Positions 32,074-41,860 of a stretch of DNA of 64,000 bases are shown piece by piece; position 1 is the stretch's first letter; every line of letters starts with the position of its first letter. The translations under genes were made by a program, and so were the position numbers. Source of the stretch: Candidatus Latescibacterota bacterium (GTDB lineage Bacteria; Latescibacterota; UBA2968; UBA8231); NCBI GenBank assembly GCA_965223905.1, contig CBDCXV010000010.1:2016001-2080000 (forward strand). Direction: 5' to 3'. The notes beneath the pieces are model-generated. The model was not told the DNA's origin, did no database searches, and was given only the letters and a program-made list of their open reading frames with translations.

Positions 32074-33013
32074 TACCCACTCCTGTCGTGCCTGGAGATG
32101 GGCGTCCGCCACGTCCGCGTTCCCCTGGAAGAGGCGCTGGACCCGGTCCGAGGGATTGACATTCTCAGGTCGAAGGGCATCTCCATCACGGCCTACCACC
32201 TTTTCCCCACGGCGGGCGACGTCGCAGGTGCCGTGTCGGCCCTCGACGGCCGATGTGACGCCCTCGAAGTCCAGTTCGCGGCCCGGGATGCAGCCACATT
32301 CGAACCGATGGACGAGATGGACCTGCCGCTGATCCTCTGTCCCGTCGCACCTGGCGTCGTTGTCGCAGGCAAGCAGCATCCTCGCACGCGCGTCGGCTGG
32401 AGCCTCGATGGGGAAACTGAAAATTGGTCCCGGGGTCGCAACCTCTGCCGCGTGGCGCCGGGCGATTCGCTCCTTGACTGGCGGAACTCCGCGGCGGCCA
32501 CCTCGGGGCGCGTCGACTTCGCCATTGACCTGCCCGGCGTCAGCGACGACGACAACGCCCGACGCGCGGCCCAGGCCCTCCTCGCCCTCTCGACCGTCCC
32601 CGGCGCGCGATTGTTCATCGACCCGCTGACGGATTTCGACCGCACGATCGACGTCACGCACGGCCTGATCGATACCCGGTGTAACCCACGTCTGGCGATG
32701 ACGGTGGTCCGCGCTCTCGGGACCATCCTGTTCTCCCACGGGGAGCGCTGGTCGCTGGCGTCGCACGACCCCTGGACGATCGTGTCGGGAAGACGACGAC
32801 TGGTTCTAGCGGATGATGTGCCGGGCGCCGAATCGTACTACGGACTGACGTCGGGAACTGTGGGCAAGCGCGGATCGGAGTTGGATAATGGGTTGGTTCT
32901 GGGAGAGGTCCCGACGTGAAGCAATCGCTGGGCTGGTGCCACGGACGCGCGCGGCGAAGCTCCGGCAGCTATGTAGGAAAGGGGAGGAGAGTGCGGTGCT
33001 CGGTGTGCGGTCG

Positions 33014-36000
33014 TCATCGGGCTTCAACCCGTTTTGTCGACGTCTCGTCTGGCAGCGAAGCGATCACCTGCAGGGCGCCGCGCATCGGCGAGCATATGCT
33101 CTTACCCACGCCCCGGTGAGGCCGCATTCGGGTGCCACCGATCGCCGTCTCGACGCCAGCGAGCAGTATGCGCTTGAAGCGCTCTTCACCGGTAAACTGG
33201 TACGCCGCAGCGACCCCTTTGAGAATCCGCATATCGGCGGCACCGTCCACGATCGACTTCGGGCAGCAGGTGTAACGAAAGGAGCAGCTTTCCGGCACCC
33301 ACATGGTTTCGATGCAGTAGTCGGCTGCCCTGATGATCGCACCGGTCACTCTGGCATCTCCGGTGGCCTCGTGAAAGCGCTTGAGCCCGACCATCAGGAC
33401 GCCAACCATGAAGCCCGCGTTGCCGGTGTGCCGGGGCGGATCGCAGAAGCAGTGACCGGGGACCATAAGCCGGTCCCAGCCACCCGACGAACGCTGCCTC
33501 TCAAGCACGCGGTCGACGATAATGCGCCCCGCGTTCAGGAACACGCGCCGTCCGGTGGCGCGGTAGGCGGCGGACAGGTGAATCAGGTGCCAGCCGCACT
33601 CGCGACAGTTGGTGAAGTCGTAATCGTTTACCATGTCGCCGATCAGGGTTTCAGAGACGGCGATAGCGCTGTCGCGGATTCTGCGGTCGCCGGTCAGCAG
33701 GGAGTGGAGGAACGGGCCTTCGACCCAGGTGTGCGAAGGCATCGTAAGCCCCGAGAACATGGCCGATTCCCTGTAACCGTCGGGGTAATACCCGCCGACG
33801 TGACCGACGCAATGCAGGTACTGTGCATCCTTCGGTATCGGACCGCCATCGGCGTGGCACGTGTCGACGTCGACGAGGTGGCTCGCCGCTTCGTCTGCCC
33901 AGCGAAAGAACGACACGTCACCTCCGCGAATGAACTCCTGCAGGAAACACCACGGGGTATCGTACTCCATGTTGCCCCAGTTGTATTTTCGCTCTCCGAA
34001 CCAGTCTCCGAAGTTGAGCATGCCGTACGCGCGCGTAGTCTGCCTGTCCTCTTCGTAGGCGTCGCGGGCCGCTGCCACCCACTCCTCGTATTCCGGATAG
34101 GGAGACGGGTTCTTGGGCGGGAAACGGGTCCAGGCGTCGCTGTCGTTGAAGTGCGACAGGGGGGCGCGGTAGATGGGAGGAGAGGCCACGGCGTCGGCGA
34201 GGTCTGCAGCCTCGTCCTGTCCGTAGGAGATCCAAAACTCGGAGGTGCGAGAGATCCCCTTGCGAAGCTTGTAATGGCCGTCGAGCAGGTAGTAGTAAAG
34301 CCGGTCTTCCAGCTCACCGCCTCGCGGGTAGCGCGATGAATCCAAGGACGGAAGTACCTCGACGACGATCGAATTGGCCGCGAGAGTCAGCGCCTTGGGG
34401 TAATTCTGCCAGAAATCGCGGATGGCTACTGACACGCTCCCTCGATCACCGGTGACGGATGCAGCCCCGTTGCTCCTGCGGCCGCCAGCTACCCTCTGCG
34501 CGCGCCTGCGCGCGCCGCTCGCCTCGTACGAATCGAAGCGGTTGTCGTCGAGCTGTTCGATTCGTGCACAGGCAGCGCGCGAGTGCCTTCCCTTGCTCTG
34601 TAATACCGGCGCGTTGCCGACCTCGACGGGGATGCAGAGCGACAGCGACTGGACCCGCTCGAAGTCGAGATCGGACACGTCGTTCACGACAGTGTGCTCA
34701 ACACGAACGCGGCGGCTGCCGGAGAAGAAATGCAGCCGGAAGACCGACCGGAGGCAAACGCGACTCCCGCGACTCCGGTGAGTCACTTCCAGGCGGATGG
34801 TAGCCCTCTGCGGGCCACTGGTTTCAACCGTCAGCGAATCGGGAGCGCCGCTGCGATAGGCGCGTCCAACGGCGTCGACGGCAGTGACCGCTGTCGCATC
34901 CCCCATCGAGCGGCTCGAGCCGTCCTGCCGTACTTCGACCAGCCCGGGGATCACGGTCCGATCGCGCGGAATGCGAACCCGGAGCGGTCCCGTCACGACC
35001 TCGACATGTCTCCTCGACGAGCGCACTCGCACTTTCCCATCGGTCTCGTTGCGCACGGACTTCCCGAATTCGACCGCGCAGTCTGAAACCCCGTCGCCCT
35101 CGTAGTCGAGCAGCGCCCACTGGATCGACCCATCGTCCCAACGGCTCTGCGCCGCCACTTGGGTCGGCACCGGGCGATTCGATGAGTCGACGACGCGAAT
35201 CGAGCCGATGTTCGAGACCGCCCCTTTTTTGAAGGGCACTCCCACGGTCACCGGCCAGGCGCGCTCACAGCTCTGGGCCACTTCGAGGGCGAAGCGGCCC
35301 TTCTCAATCTCCGAGTGTTTTCTGGATGGACGCACGCGAAAGGCACCTGAATACTGAGCCTCGAGCCGCCGCGAGCGGTCCGCGAGATCGACGTCGTACA
35401 CATAGTCGCCAGCCGCCAGATTCTCGAGCACGACCTCGTGGTTCGACAACGCGGTCCGGAGGAGCACCGTCTTCTTCTTCCCCCCCTTCAGCCCCCAGCG
35501 CAAGCGGCCCGATGCCGGGCGATTCGAGCGCCACGTGACGTAGGCGATTGGCCTCTCTCCATCGATGCGGACATCCACAGAGGGAGACGCGATTTTCAGC
35601 CTGTCGGCGGCACCACGGGGCTTCCTGTCGAGCAAAACCACGTTCTCGATTCTGCACGGACCCGAAGTTGCATTCGTCACCAACCGGATCGGCTCGCCAC
35701 CCTTGAAGGCAAACTTCTCGGGCGCGAGCAACAGGTGTAACCGGTTGTCGGGGTCCGACAGCGCAGTGCGGGCCACACACCGGTGCCCGATCCAGATGTC
35801 AACGGCTTCATCGGCGCCGGCGGCAGCGTACATCGTGAACCCGAGATAGTACCTGCCCCGCCGGTGGATGACGTCGCCAAGCTCACTCACGAGACCGGCC
35901 CGGCACACCGACGGCGGCCTGATCACGGACGCATTCGCGTATTCAGTGACCGTGTCGTTCATGAAGCCGTCCAGCCGGCAGGCGAAGGCCGGGATGACCA

Positions 36001-36073
36001 CGGCGTTTTCGAGTATTTTCTCGATCCGCCCATCACCGGACAGAGACAGCGCTTTGGGGACTTCATCCTTCAC
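33014..36073 (-). CDS. Large YetA/exo-rhamnogalacturonan-lyase-like protein
   Basis: PVTVGVPF..RWDDGSIQWALLD, RDFWQNYPK, YGMLNFGDW, helical C-terminal domain. Confidence 0.6.
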   Translation of the reverse strand: MKDEVPKALSLSGDGRIEKILENAVVIPAFACRLDGFMNDTVTEYANASVIRPPSVCRAGLVSELGDVIHRRGRYYLGFTMYAAAGADEAVDIWIGHRCVARTALSDPDNRLHLLLAPEKFAFKGGEPIRLVTNATSGPCRIENVVLLDRKPRGAADRLKIASPSVDVRIDGERPIAYVTWRSNRPASGRLRWGLKGGKKKTVLLRTALSNHEVVLENLAAGDYVYDVDLADRSRRLEAQYSGAFRVRPSRKHSEIEKGRFALEVAQSCERAWPVTVGVPFKKGAVSNIGSIRVVDSSNRPVPTQVAAQSRWDDGSIQWALLDYEGDGVSDCAVEFGKSVRNETDGKVRVRSSRRHVEVVTGPLRVRIPRDRTVIPGLVEVRQDGSSRSMGDATAVTAVDAVGRAYRSGAPDSLTVETSGPQRATIRLEVTHRSRGSRVCLRSVFRLHFFSGSRRVRVEHTVVNDVSDLDFERVQSLSLCIPVEVGNAPVLQSKGRHSRAACARIEQLDDNRFDSYEASGARRRAQRVAGGRRSNGAASVTGDRGSVSVAIRDFWQNYPKALTLAANSIVVEVLPSLDSSRYPRGGELEDRLYYYLLDGHYKLRKGISRTSEFWISYGQDEAADLADAVASPPIYRAPLSHFNDSDAWTRFPPKNPSPYPEYEEWVAAARDAYEEDRQTTRAYGMLNFGDWFGERKYNWGNMEYDTPWCFLQEFIRGGDVSFFRWADEAASHLVDVDTCHADGGPIPKDAQYLHCVGHVGGYYPDGYRESAMFSGLTMPSHTWVEGPFLHSLLTGDRRIRDSAIAVSETLIGDMVNDYDFTNCRECGWHLIHLSAAYRATGRRVFLNAGRIIVDRVLERQRSSGGWDRLMVPGHCFCDPPRHTGNAGFMVGVLMVGLKRFHEATGDARVTGAIIRAADYCIETMWVPESCSFRYTCCPKSIVDGAADMRILKGVAAAYQFTGEERFKRILLAGVETAIGGTRMRPHRGVGKSICSPMRGALQVIASLPDETSTKRVEAR

Positions 36074-36357
36074 TGACGGTAGTGTCCTTGCTCATGGCAC
36101 AATGCGATCGACAAGATGCGGGCGATAACATAGGGAAACGAGCGGGCATTTCGCGACACCAATCCAGTCCCCATCACAAGCGGAGACTCGATCACCTGAC
36201 GGGTCCTGTCCTGGTTGGAAGGCGACCGTCTGATTCGCCCAGGAGTGAATCCCTTGCTGCGGCGCTGAACTCCGTGTCTCATGGGCTCCAGGTTTCCAAC
36301 TCCTGCCACGTCGAGTTTGAGAAGTTGGTCGAAGCACCACCCCGAAACGAGGTCTCG

Positions 36358-36386
36358 TTGACGAGGTCGCCGGCGACAGCTACATT
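36358..36386 (+). promoter_or_regulatory. Sigma70-like promoter of the leader/tRNA-Gln unit
   Basis: TTGACG (36358-36363), 17-bp spacer, TACATT (36381-36386); predicted +1 at or next to the A of ATG 36394. Confidence 0.75.
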
Positions 36387-36393
36387 GCATGGC

Positions 36394-36486
36394 ATGAGAA
36401 CGATGTATTCCTCGACCAGCACGCAGCCTCAGCGACAGCAACAGCGAATCCAGATTTCGCCGGGGCAGAGGGTGTTCTCTATCTGA
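36394..36486 (+). CDS. Gln-rich leader peptide MRTMYSSTSTQPQRQQQRIQISPGQRVFSI
   Basis: 30 codons with 7 Gln (6 CAG, 1 CAA), five of them in 36424-36444; lies between the promoter and the terminator. Confidence 0.75.
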   Translation: MRTMYSSTSTQPQRQQQRIQISPGQRVFSI

Positions 36487-36521
36487 TAAACAGACCGAAG
36501 ACCTGATAGTAAGGCCCCGGC
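36459..36521 (+). promoter_or_regulatory. Predicted antiterminator helix
   Basis: GCCGGGGC (36459-36466) is exactly complementary to GCCCCGGC (36514-36521), the terminator 5' arm. Confidence 0.7.
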
Positions 36522-36547
36522 AGCTGATACCTGCTGGGGCTTTTTCT
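36511..36547 (+). terminator. Intrinsic terminator (attenuator) just upstream of the tRNAs
   Basis: AAGGCCCCGGCAG-ctgatac-CTGCTGGGGC followed by TTTTTCT. Confidence 0.85.
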
Positions 36548-36557
36548 ATGTACAGTT

Positions 36558-36632
36558 TGCGGCGTCGTCTAATTGGCAGGACAGCAGGCCCTGACCCTGC
36601 AGATCGAGGTTCGAATCCTCGCGCCGCAGCCA
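36558..36632 (+). tRNA. tRNA-Gln(CUG)
   Basis: Acceptor stem TGCGGCG/CGCCGCA, G73, encoded CCA; anticodon arm GCAGG-ccCTGac-CCTGC; T arm CGAGG-TTCGAAT-CCTCG. Confidence 0.92.
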
Positions 36633-36636
36633 GTTT

Positions 36637-36711
36637 TGGAGTGTCGTCTAATCGGCAGGACGCCGGGTTTTGGACCCGGAAATCGGGGTTCGAATCCCTG
36701 CACTCCAGCCA
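36637..36711 (+). tRNA. tRNA-Gln(UUG)
   Basis: Acceptor stem TGGAGTG/CACTCCA, G73, CCA; anticodon arm CCGGG-ttTTGga-CCCGG; TTCGAAT loop. Confidence 0.95.
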
Positions 36712-36763
36712 CTCCACCTCGATGGGCGCAGGCCACAAGTAACCATGTCCTCAGCGGGCCGGC

Positions 36764-36895
36764 AACCTGCTCGATTTCGACGGCAAGGAGCTCGGCCTGG
36801 GCGTGGTCAACCCGTGCACTGAACGCGTCGAAAAGGCAAGGGATATCCGCGAGCGGGTCGAGCGTGCGCTCGAGCGCTACCCCGGAGAAAGGCTA
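36764..36895 (+). pseudogene. Fragment resembling the cobalamin-independent methionine synthase II C-terminal region
   Basis: DGKELGLGVVNPCTERVE..DIRERVERALERYPGERL; no start codon and no NPDCG motif. Confidence 0.45.
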
Positions 36896-37002
36896 CGACA
36901 ACTCACCCGCTCGACATTCTCCCCCCGGTACTTGCCTGGACCATTCCAATGCCCTTTATCTCACCAACCGTAGACACCTCAAACGCCGGGTTAGGTAAGC
37001 GA

Positions 37003-38427
37003 ATGAGCGAGATCGATCACCTGTTCGACGACGAGGGCATGAGGCGGTTTCTGGTCGACGGCTACGTCGTCGTCAAGGCCGCTATGCCGGCCGACTTCCA
37101 CGCCGGCGTTCACCGCCGTGTGGAGGAGATGTTCGAGATCCACGGCAACCTCGGCAACAACATCCTGCCACTGATCCCCGAGATTCAGCAGGTCTTCGAC
37201 CATCCCGCGGTGCACGGCGCCATGACCAGCATCCTGGGGCCGGGCTACGTCATGCACCCGCACCGCTATTGCCACCGCAACCAGCCGGGTAGCGAGGCCC
37301 AGAGCTTCCACAAGGACACCTACGAGGGAGACGAGCAGGTGAAGCACCACCGCTGTCGCTGGGCGGTGGCCTTCTACTACCCCCAGGATACCACCTTCGA
37401 CATGGGCCCCTCGGCGATTCTTCCCGGCAGCCAGTATTACGACAGCTCGGAGGCCGCCCACAAGCAGCCGGACCTGCCGTTGTGCGGCGAAGCCGGTACG
37501 GTGACGATCATCCACTTCGATCTCTGGCACCGCGCCTCGCCGAACAGCAGCGAACGGCAGCGCTACATGCTCAAGTTTCTGTTCGAGCGCCTAGGGGAGC
37601 CGACGCGGCCCTCGTGGCGCAATGCCAACCCGGATTGGGTTGCCCCCGCGGGGGATCCCGGCCAGCACCAGGGTATGTATGAGAAGTTGTGGCGGTGGAA
37701 CCGCGGCGCCTCAACGCAGAACGGCTCGCCCCGCGACGGAAATGCCATCGATGCGCTGGCGGAGGAGCTCTGCCGCGGCAAGGGGGAGCGGGAGAAACTG
37801 GATGCCGCCTATGAGCTCGGGGCCCGGGGCGCCGCCGCTCTGCCGCCGCTCGTTGAGGCGCTACAAGCCGAATCCGAGGAGGTCAGCCGCCATGCCGCTT
37901 ATGGGCTGAGCGCCGCCGGCGTGACCGCGGTACCGCAACTGATCGAAGCTCTCGGCGAGGGTGGCGACTTGGCGCGCGTCCACGCCGCCTATGCCCTGGC
38001 CGACAGCGGTCCGGCAACCTGGCAGGATCTCCTCCACGCCGACCCTTCCGCTTGCCGCGCCGCCGCCGAGGCCTTGACCGCCGCCCTCGGGGACGAATCG
38101 AGCTGGGTCAGGCGCAACGCAGCCGAGGCGCTGGGAACGATCGGCGAACCGCTGCCGGAGGCGGTGACGGCATTGGGCGACCTGCTCGGCGACGGCGAAT
38201 TCTGGATTCGCGACAATGCCGCCCGCGCCCTGGCCAAGATGGGAGCGCGTGCCGAAGGGGCTGTCGACGCCCTGGCGGCGAGATTGAACGACGACAACCG
38301 TTATGTCCGCTTCCACGCCGCGATGGCCTTGCGTCGGATCGGCACCCCGGCCGCGGAGCGGGCGCTGTTCGACAACCTGCTGACGGCGCGCTGGTGCCCG
38401 CTGACCACGGCCGAAACCCCGTACTAA
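37003..38427 (+). CDS. PhyH-family dioxygenase fused to HEAT repeats
   Basis: FHKD, YYPQDT, WHR; C-terminal VRRNAAEALG / IRDNAARALA repeats. Confidence 0.85.
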   Translation: MSEIDHLFDDEGMRRFLVDGYVVVKAAMPADFHAGVHRRVEEMFEIHGNLGNNILPLIPEIQQVFDHPAVHGAMTSILGPGYVMHPHRYCHRNQPGSEAQSFHKDTYEGDEQVKHHRCRWAVAFYYPQDTTFDMGPSAILPGSQYYDSSEAAHKQPDLPLCGEAGTVTIIHFDLWHRASPNSSERQRYMLKFLFERLGEPTRPSWRNANPDWVAPAGDPGQHQGMYEKLWRWNRGASTQNGSPRDGNAIDALAEELCRGKGEREKLDAAYELGARGAAALPPLVEALQAESEEVSRHAAYGLSAAGVTAVPQLIEALGEGGDLARVHAAYALADSGPATWQDLLHADPSACRAAAEALTAALGDESSWVRRNAAEALGTIGEPLPEAVTALGDLLGDGEFWIRDNAARALAKMGARAEGAVDALAARLNDDNRYVRFHAAMALRRIGTPAAERALFDNLLTARWCPLTTAETPY

Positions 38428-38441
38428 GAGGCGAATACCCC

Positions 38442-39167
38442 ATGCCGTTCCTGCAGCACGAGAGAGTGCTCGTTTTCAGCGCCCACGCCGCTGATTTCTG
38501 TTCCCGTGCCGGTGGCACCATCGCCCGTCTCGTCGACGAAGGGGCGGCCGTTCACATCCACGACCTGACCTACGGCGAACGCTGCGAGGCGCCGGCCCTG
38601 TACGCTCGCGACCCGGTCCCCTCGCTCGACGAGATCAAGGCGATCCGCAAGGAGGAGATCGAAGCGGCCGCCGCCACTCTAGGCGCCACTATCGACTGCT
38701 TCGACTTCGGCGACAGCCCGCTGCTCGTCGGTCCGCAGCGGCGGCTCGAGATCCTCGACGCCATCCGCGCCTTCGAGCCGGAAGTCGTGCTCTGCCACTG
38801 GATCGACGACATCCTGCACCCCGACCACGTCGAGACCGCCCAGGCGGTGCTGTGGGCGAAGAGCTACTGCGGAATTCCGGGAATCGAAACCCGGCACGCC
38901 CCCTGCGCAACCCCCCAATACATCTGCTACGAGGCGCAGCTGGCGACGTCGTCGGTCACCAAATTCCTGCCCGATTTCTACGTCAATATCGATTCGACGA
39001 TGGAGCGCAAAATCGAGGCAATGGCGAAGCTCGCCGCCCAGCCATCACTCGTGGAGCAGTACACGAAGCTCGCCCTCTACAGGGGACTCGAAGCCCAGAT
39101 CATCGCCGCTATGCAAGAGTGCACCCACGCCGAAGGGTTCGTGCGCATGGGCAAAGAAGCTATGTAA
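38442..39167 (+). CDS. PIG-L-family protein, GalB (4-oxalomesaconate hydratase)-like
   Basis: SAHAADFCSRAGG, TYGER, HPDH. Confidence 0.75.
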   Translation: MPFLQHERVLVFSAHAADFCSRAGGTIARLVDEGAAVHIHDLTYGERCEAPALYARDPVPSLDEIKAIRKEEIEAAAATLGATIDCFDFGDSPLLVGPQRRLEILDAIRAFEPEVVLCHWIDDILHPDHVETAQAVLWAKSYCGIPGIETRHAPCATPQYICYEAQLATSSVTKFLPDFYVNIDSTMERKIEAMAKLAAQPSLVEQYTKLALYRGLEAQIIAAMQECTHAEGFVRMGKEAM

Positions 39168-39326
39168 TCGTCCGGACCCCGGGCGTGTTCGTTTGCCGCA
39201 GCGCCTTGCCGGCTCGTCATAAGCTGTCCTCCACCGCTGGGATCATCGCCTTGTGTATCCGGGCCGGAGCTTTGGGTTTGGACAGCGCTCAACAGAAGCC
39301 AAAGGCTTCTGCGAAGGATGGCTTCG

Positions 39327-40314
39327 TTAGAAGCCGTCCTCCACTGCCTGGATCATCGCCTTGATGTAACCGAATTCGTAGGCGAACGCTTGGCGGTGGG
39401 CGCCCGGTTCGCGATGCCCCGGGGCGTGATCCGGCACGCACATGTGCGGGTACTCCACCTCTTTCAGGGCGTGCATGTTGCGGTGCATGTTCATCACCCC
39501 CTCGTCGGGCCACACCTCCTGAAACTTGTTGCGCCCGCCGACGATATTGCGGAAGTGGCAGAGGAAGATTTTGTTGCGGCTGCCGAAGTAGCGGATGATC
39601 TCGGGCACTTCGTTGCACGGATCGGTCGAGGGCCTCGGCCATACACCCCAAGCACAGATTCACCCCGCAGTAGTCGCTCGGCGCGATTCCGATGAAGCGC
39701 TTGAACCCCTCGGGCCCGCCCAGCACCCGGTCGACTCCCCGGTACCCGGGTGGCAGCCAGGGATCGCACGGGTGACAGGCCATGCGCACCTGACACTCCT
39801 CGGCAACCGGAATCACCCGCTCGAGGAAGTAGGTGATCCGCTCCCAGTTCACCTCCGCCGTAACCGGCTCGTCGAAGCGCTGCTCGCGGTCCTCGGCCCG
39901 TTCGAGATCCCAGGTGCTGTACACCGAATTGCCGCGCCCGGGCGGGGTGCTCTCGGTGCGCTGATTCTCCATGGCGCACAGGTAGTACTTGACCGCCGGG
40001 ATGCCAGCCTCGGCTGCCTGGCGGAGAATGTTGCAGACCAGGGCGATCTCCCGGTCCCCCTCTTCCCGGTTGCCGAGCATGTAGTTGGGGATCTCGCCGC
40101 CGTTGGCGTTGAGCTGGCTGATCGGGATCGCCACCATCTCCATGTCGATGCCGAAGCGGGCGCACTTTTGCTTCTTCTCCTTCAATTCGGCGACATCCCA
40201 ACCGTATTCGCGGTGGAAGGTGATGAAGTTCTCGTTCTTGTTGAACACCCCGTGGCGCGCGAGGTATTCGAGATCTTCATCAGAGGTGTTGAACTGTTGT
40301 GTGCCGACATGCAT
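39327..40314 (-). pseudogene. Mannonate dehydratase (UxuA-like) with a frameshift near 39625
   Basis: YFLERVIPVAEE..ACHPCDP; downstream frame has HFRNI..DEG..PDH. Confidence 0.75.
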
Positions 40315-40465
40315 CGGTGCATCCTCCTATGGTAGTAGTCCGCGGTGAGAGTCGCCTTGGTGGCGAGGCCGTAAAGGACGGGTGCAACCCAGTGCCCCTC
40401 GGCACAATGCTTGCCAGTAAGTCCGCCGAGAAGCACTACATTTTTGCCACGGGCTCCAACTCCGA

Positions 40466-40935
40466 TCACTCGCCGAGTTTCCGGCCGACGAGCTCCCGGT
40501 GCCGCTGCACGGCTCGCTCTATCAGCTCTCTCACCGGGGTCTGGTATTCGCGGCCCATGAGCCTTCTGCTCGCCAGCCAGCCCGCCAGGAACAACAACTG
40601 AACCCCCGCCAGGTACCAGTGCGTCGCTTCGACGATACTCGAACCGAGCTCCAGCGTCGATAGCCAGTCGAACAGCACGCCTCCCACCAAACCGCCGAGC
40701 CCGGCTGCCCAGGCGAGAACGAAGGTAGGTACGGCAAACCCCTCTCCCTGGTACTGCTGCGGCACCGCATCTATCATCGCCCGTGTCTGGCCGAAGGTTT
40801 AGCCGGCGTGCAACATGCCCCTTACCAGGAAAAAAGCGACCGCCCACACGGTCAGCGCCGCCGTTTCAGACGGCAGCATCAGCCATGCCGGCCCCAGCAG
40901 GGCGCAACCGTCCCGCCCACCACACTGAGGTTCCC
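40466..40935 (-). pseudogene. C-terminal fragment of an MFS-type transporter
   Basis: Hydrophobic helices (AWAAGLGGLVGGVLFD) spread across broken frames; no 5' part. Confidence 0.55.
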
Positions 40936-41821
40936 CCACTGGTATTCGTTGGTCGAGCCAAACTCGCTTTCCTCCGTCAGCAGCACCCGCTGCTCCGGCG
41001 AAGCCAGCACGCGAAACTGGCGAAAGGGATCCCCCTCGGCCTCGTCGACAAAGTGCAGCACCACCTTTTCGACCACTACCACCCGACCCAGGTCGATCTC
41101 CACCCACCAGTTGTCCGAGGTGTCCGCCAGGTCCGGTTCCCAATACGTCGACGGCTTCCCATCGAAGATGTAGGCCGCAGAATCCACATTCGAACCCGCC
41201 CGGCTGATCCCCGGACGAACGGAGTAGGCGTACTCGGGAAACTGCTCCTTGGATTTGGTCTCAAACGTCTTCCGCGAGCGAGAACCGGTGCGCTCGTTGC
41301 GCAAAGACAGCCTCACTTCCTTGTCGCCATTCATCGTCGTGTCGGTGATGATGAACACCTCCTTGTCCTCGTCCTTGCCCAGCACGATCCGGGTGACATC
41401 GCTCGGAATGCGGCCGAAATCCTTATCTCAGGTACTTGCCGATTTTCTTCTCCTCCAGCTTGAGCTTCCCCTCCCGGTTAAAAACCGGCGTGCGTTCCAC
41501 CGTCCGGATGGTCCGGTCTGCGCCGCGGATCCTGGGCGCGTCGATGGGGCGCCGGAAGCCGGCCCCGTCCTCGTCCAGGATATTGTAGACGTGCCGGAAA
41601 TAGTGGGGCCGGACCTGCCCATCGACAATATCAAAGACGTGCTCGGCCCGGCTCCACTGGGCCCAGTGCTCCTGGGTATCGACGATGATCTGAGTGTCAG
41701 AGAGCCGGTGCCCGCGCGAGGACTCGGCCTGCGTCTGGGAAATGCTGATCCCCACGATTGCCACCCACGCCAGTCCGATCCAATGACACCTCGTCCAGGA
41801 ATTGACCTCTGTCCGCTGCAT
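40935..41821 (-). pseudogene. N-terminal part of a secreted discoidin-domain protein, frameshifted and truncated
   Basis: GGAGG RBS, signal peptide, FDGKPSTYWEP..WWVEIDLGR; frameshift near 41430. Confidence 0.6.
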
Positions 41822-41860
41822 GTGAAACCTCCTCAATCCGTATTTAATCCTCATATTCAG

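Larger units (their letters stand above)
30191..32919 (+). pseudogene. Calcineurin-like metallophosphoesterase interrupted by IS5
   Basis: SDTH, HLGDL, GNHD, AGHVH motifs; ..VRNN|YPLLSCLEMGVRH rejoins after IS removal; TTG 30191 follows AGGGAG (ATG 30149 is an alternative start). Confidence 0.85.

Noticed and set aside
36394-36547. T-box riboswitch as the regulatory mechanism
   Set aside because: No T-box consensus (TGGNACCGCG-like) precedes the terminator; a Gln-codon ORF explains the layout better.
36558-36632. tRNA-Gln as an amber suppressor for the TAG at 22999
   Set aside because: The anticodon is CTG, not CTA, and TAG is a normal stop elsewhere in the window.
36558-36711. tRNAs as an integration site for a prophage or island
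   Set aside because: No integrase gene and no duplicated tRNA 3' end seen in the window.
36070-36998. ORFs 36070-36738 (-), 36548-36742 and 36573-36998 (+), and the long 36082-36486 version of the leader
   Set aside because: They overlap the tRNA genes or run through the promoter; only 36394-36486 fits the promoter geometry.
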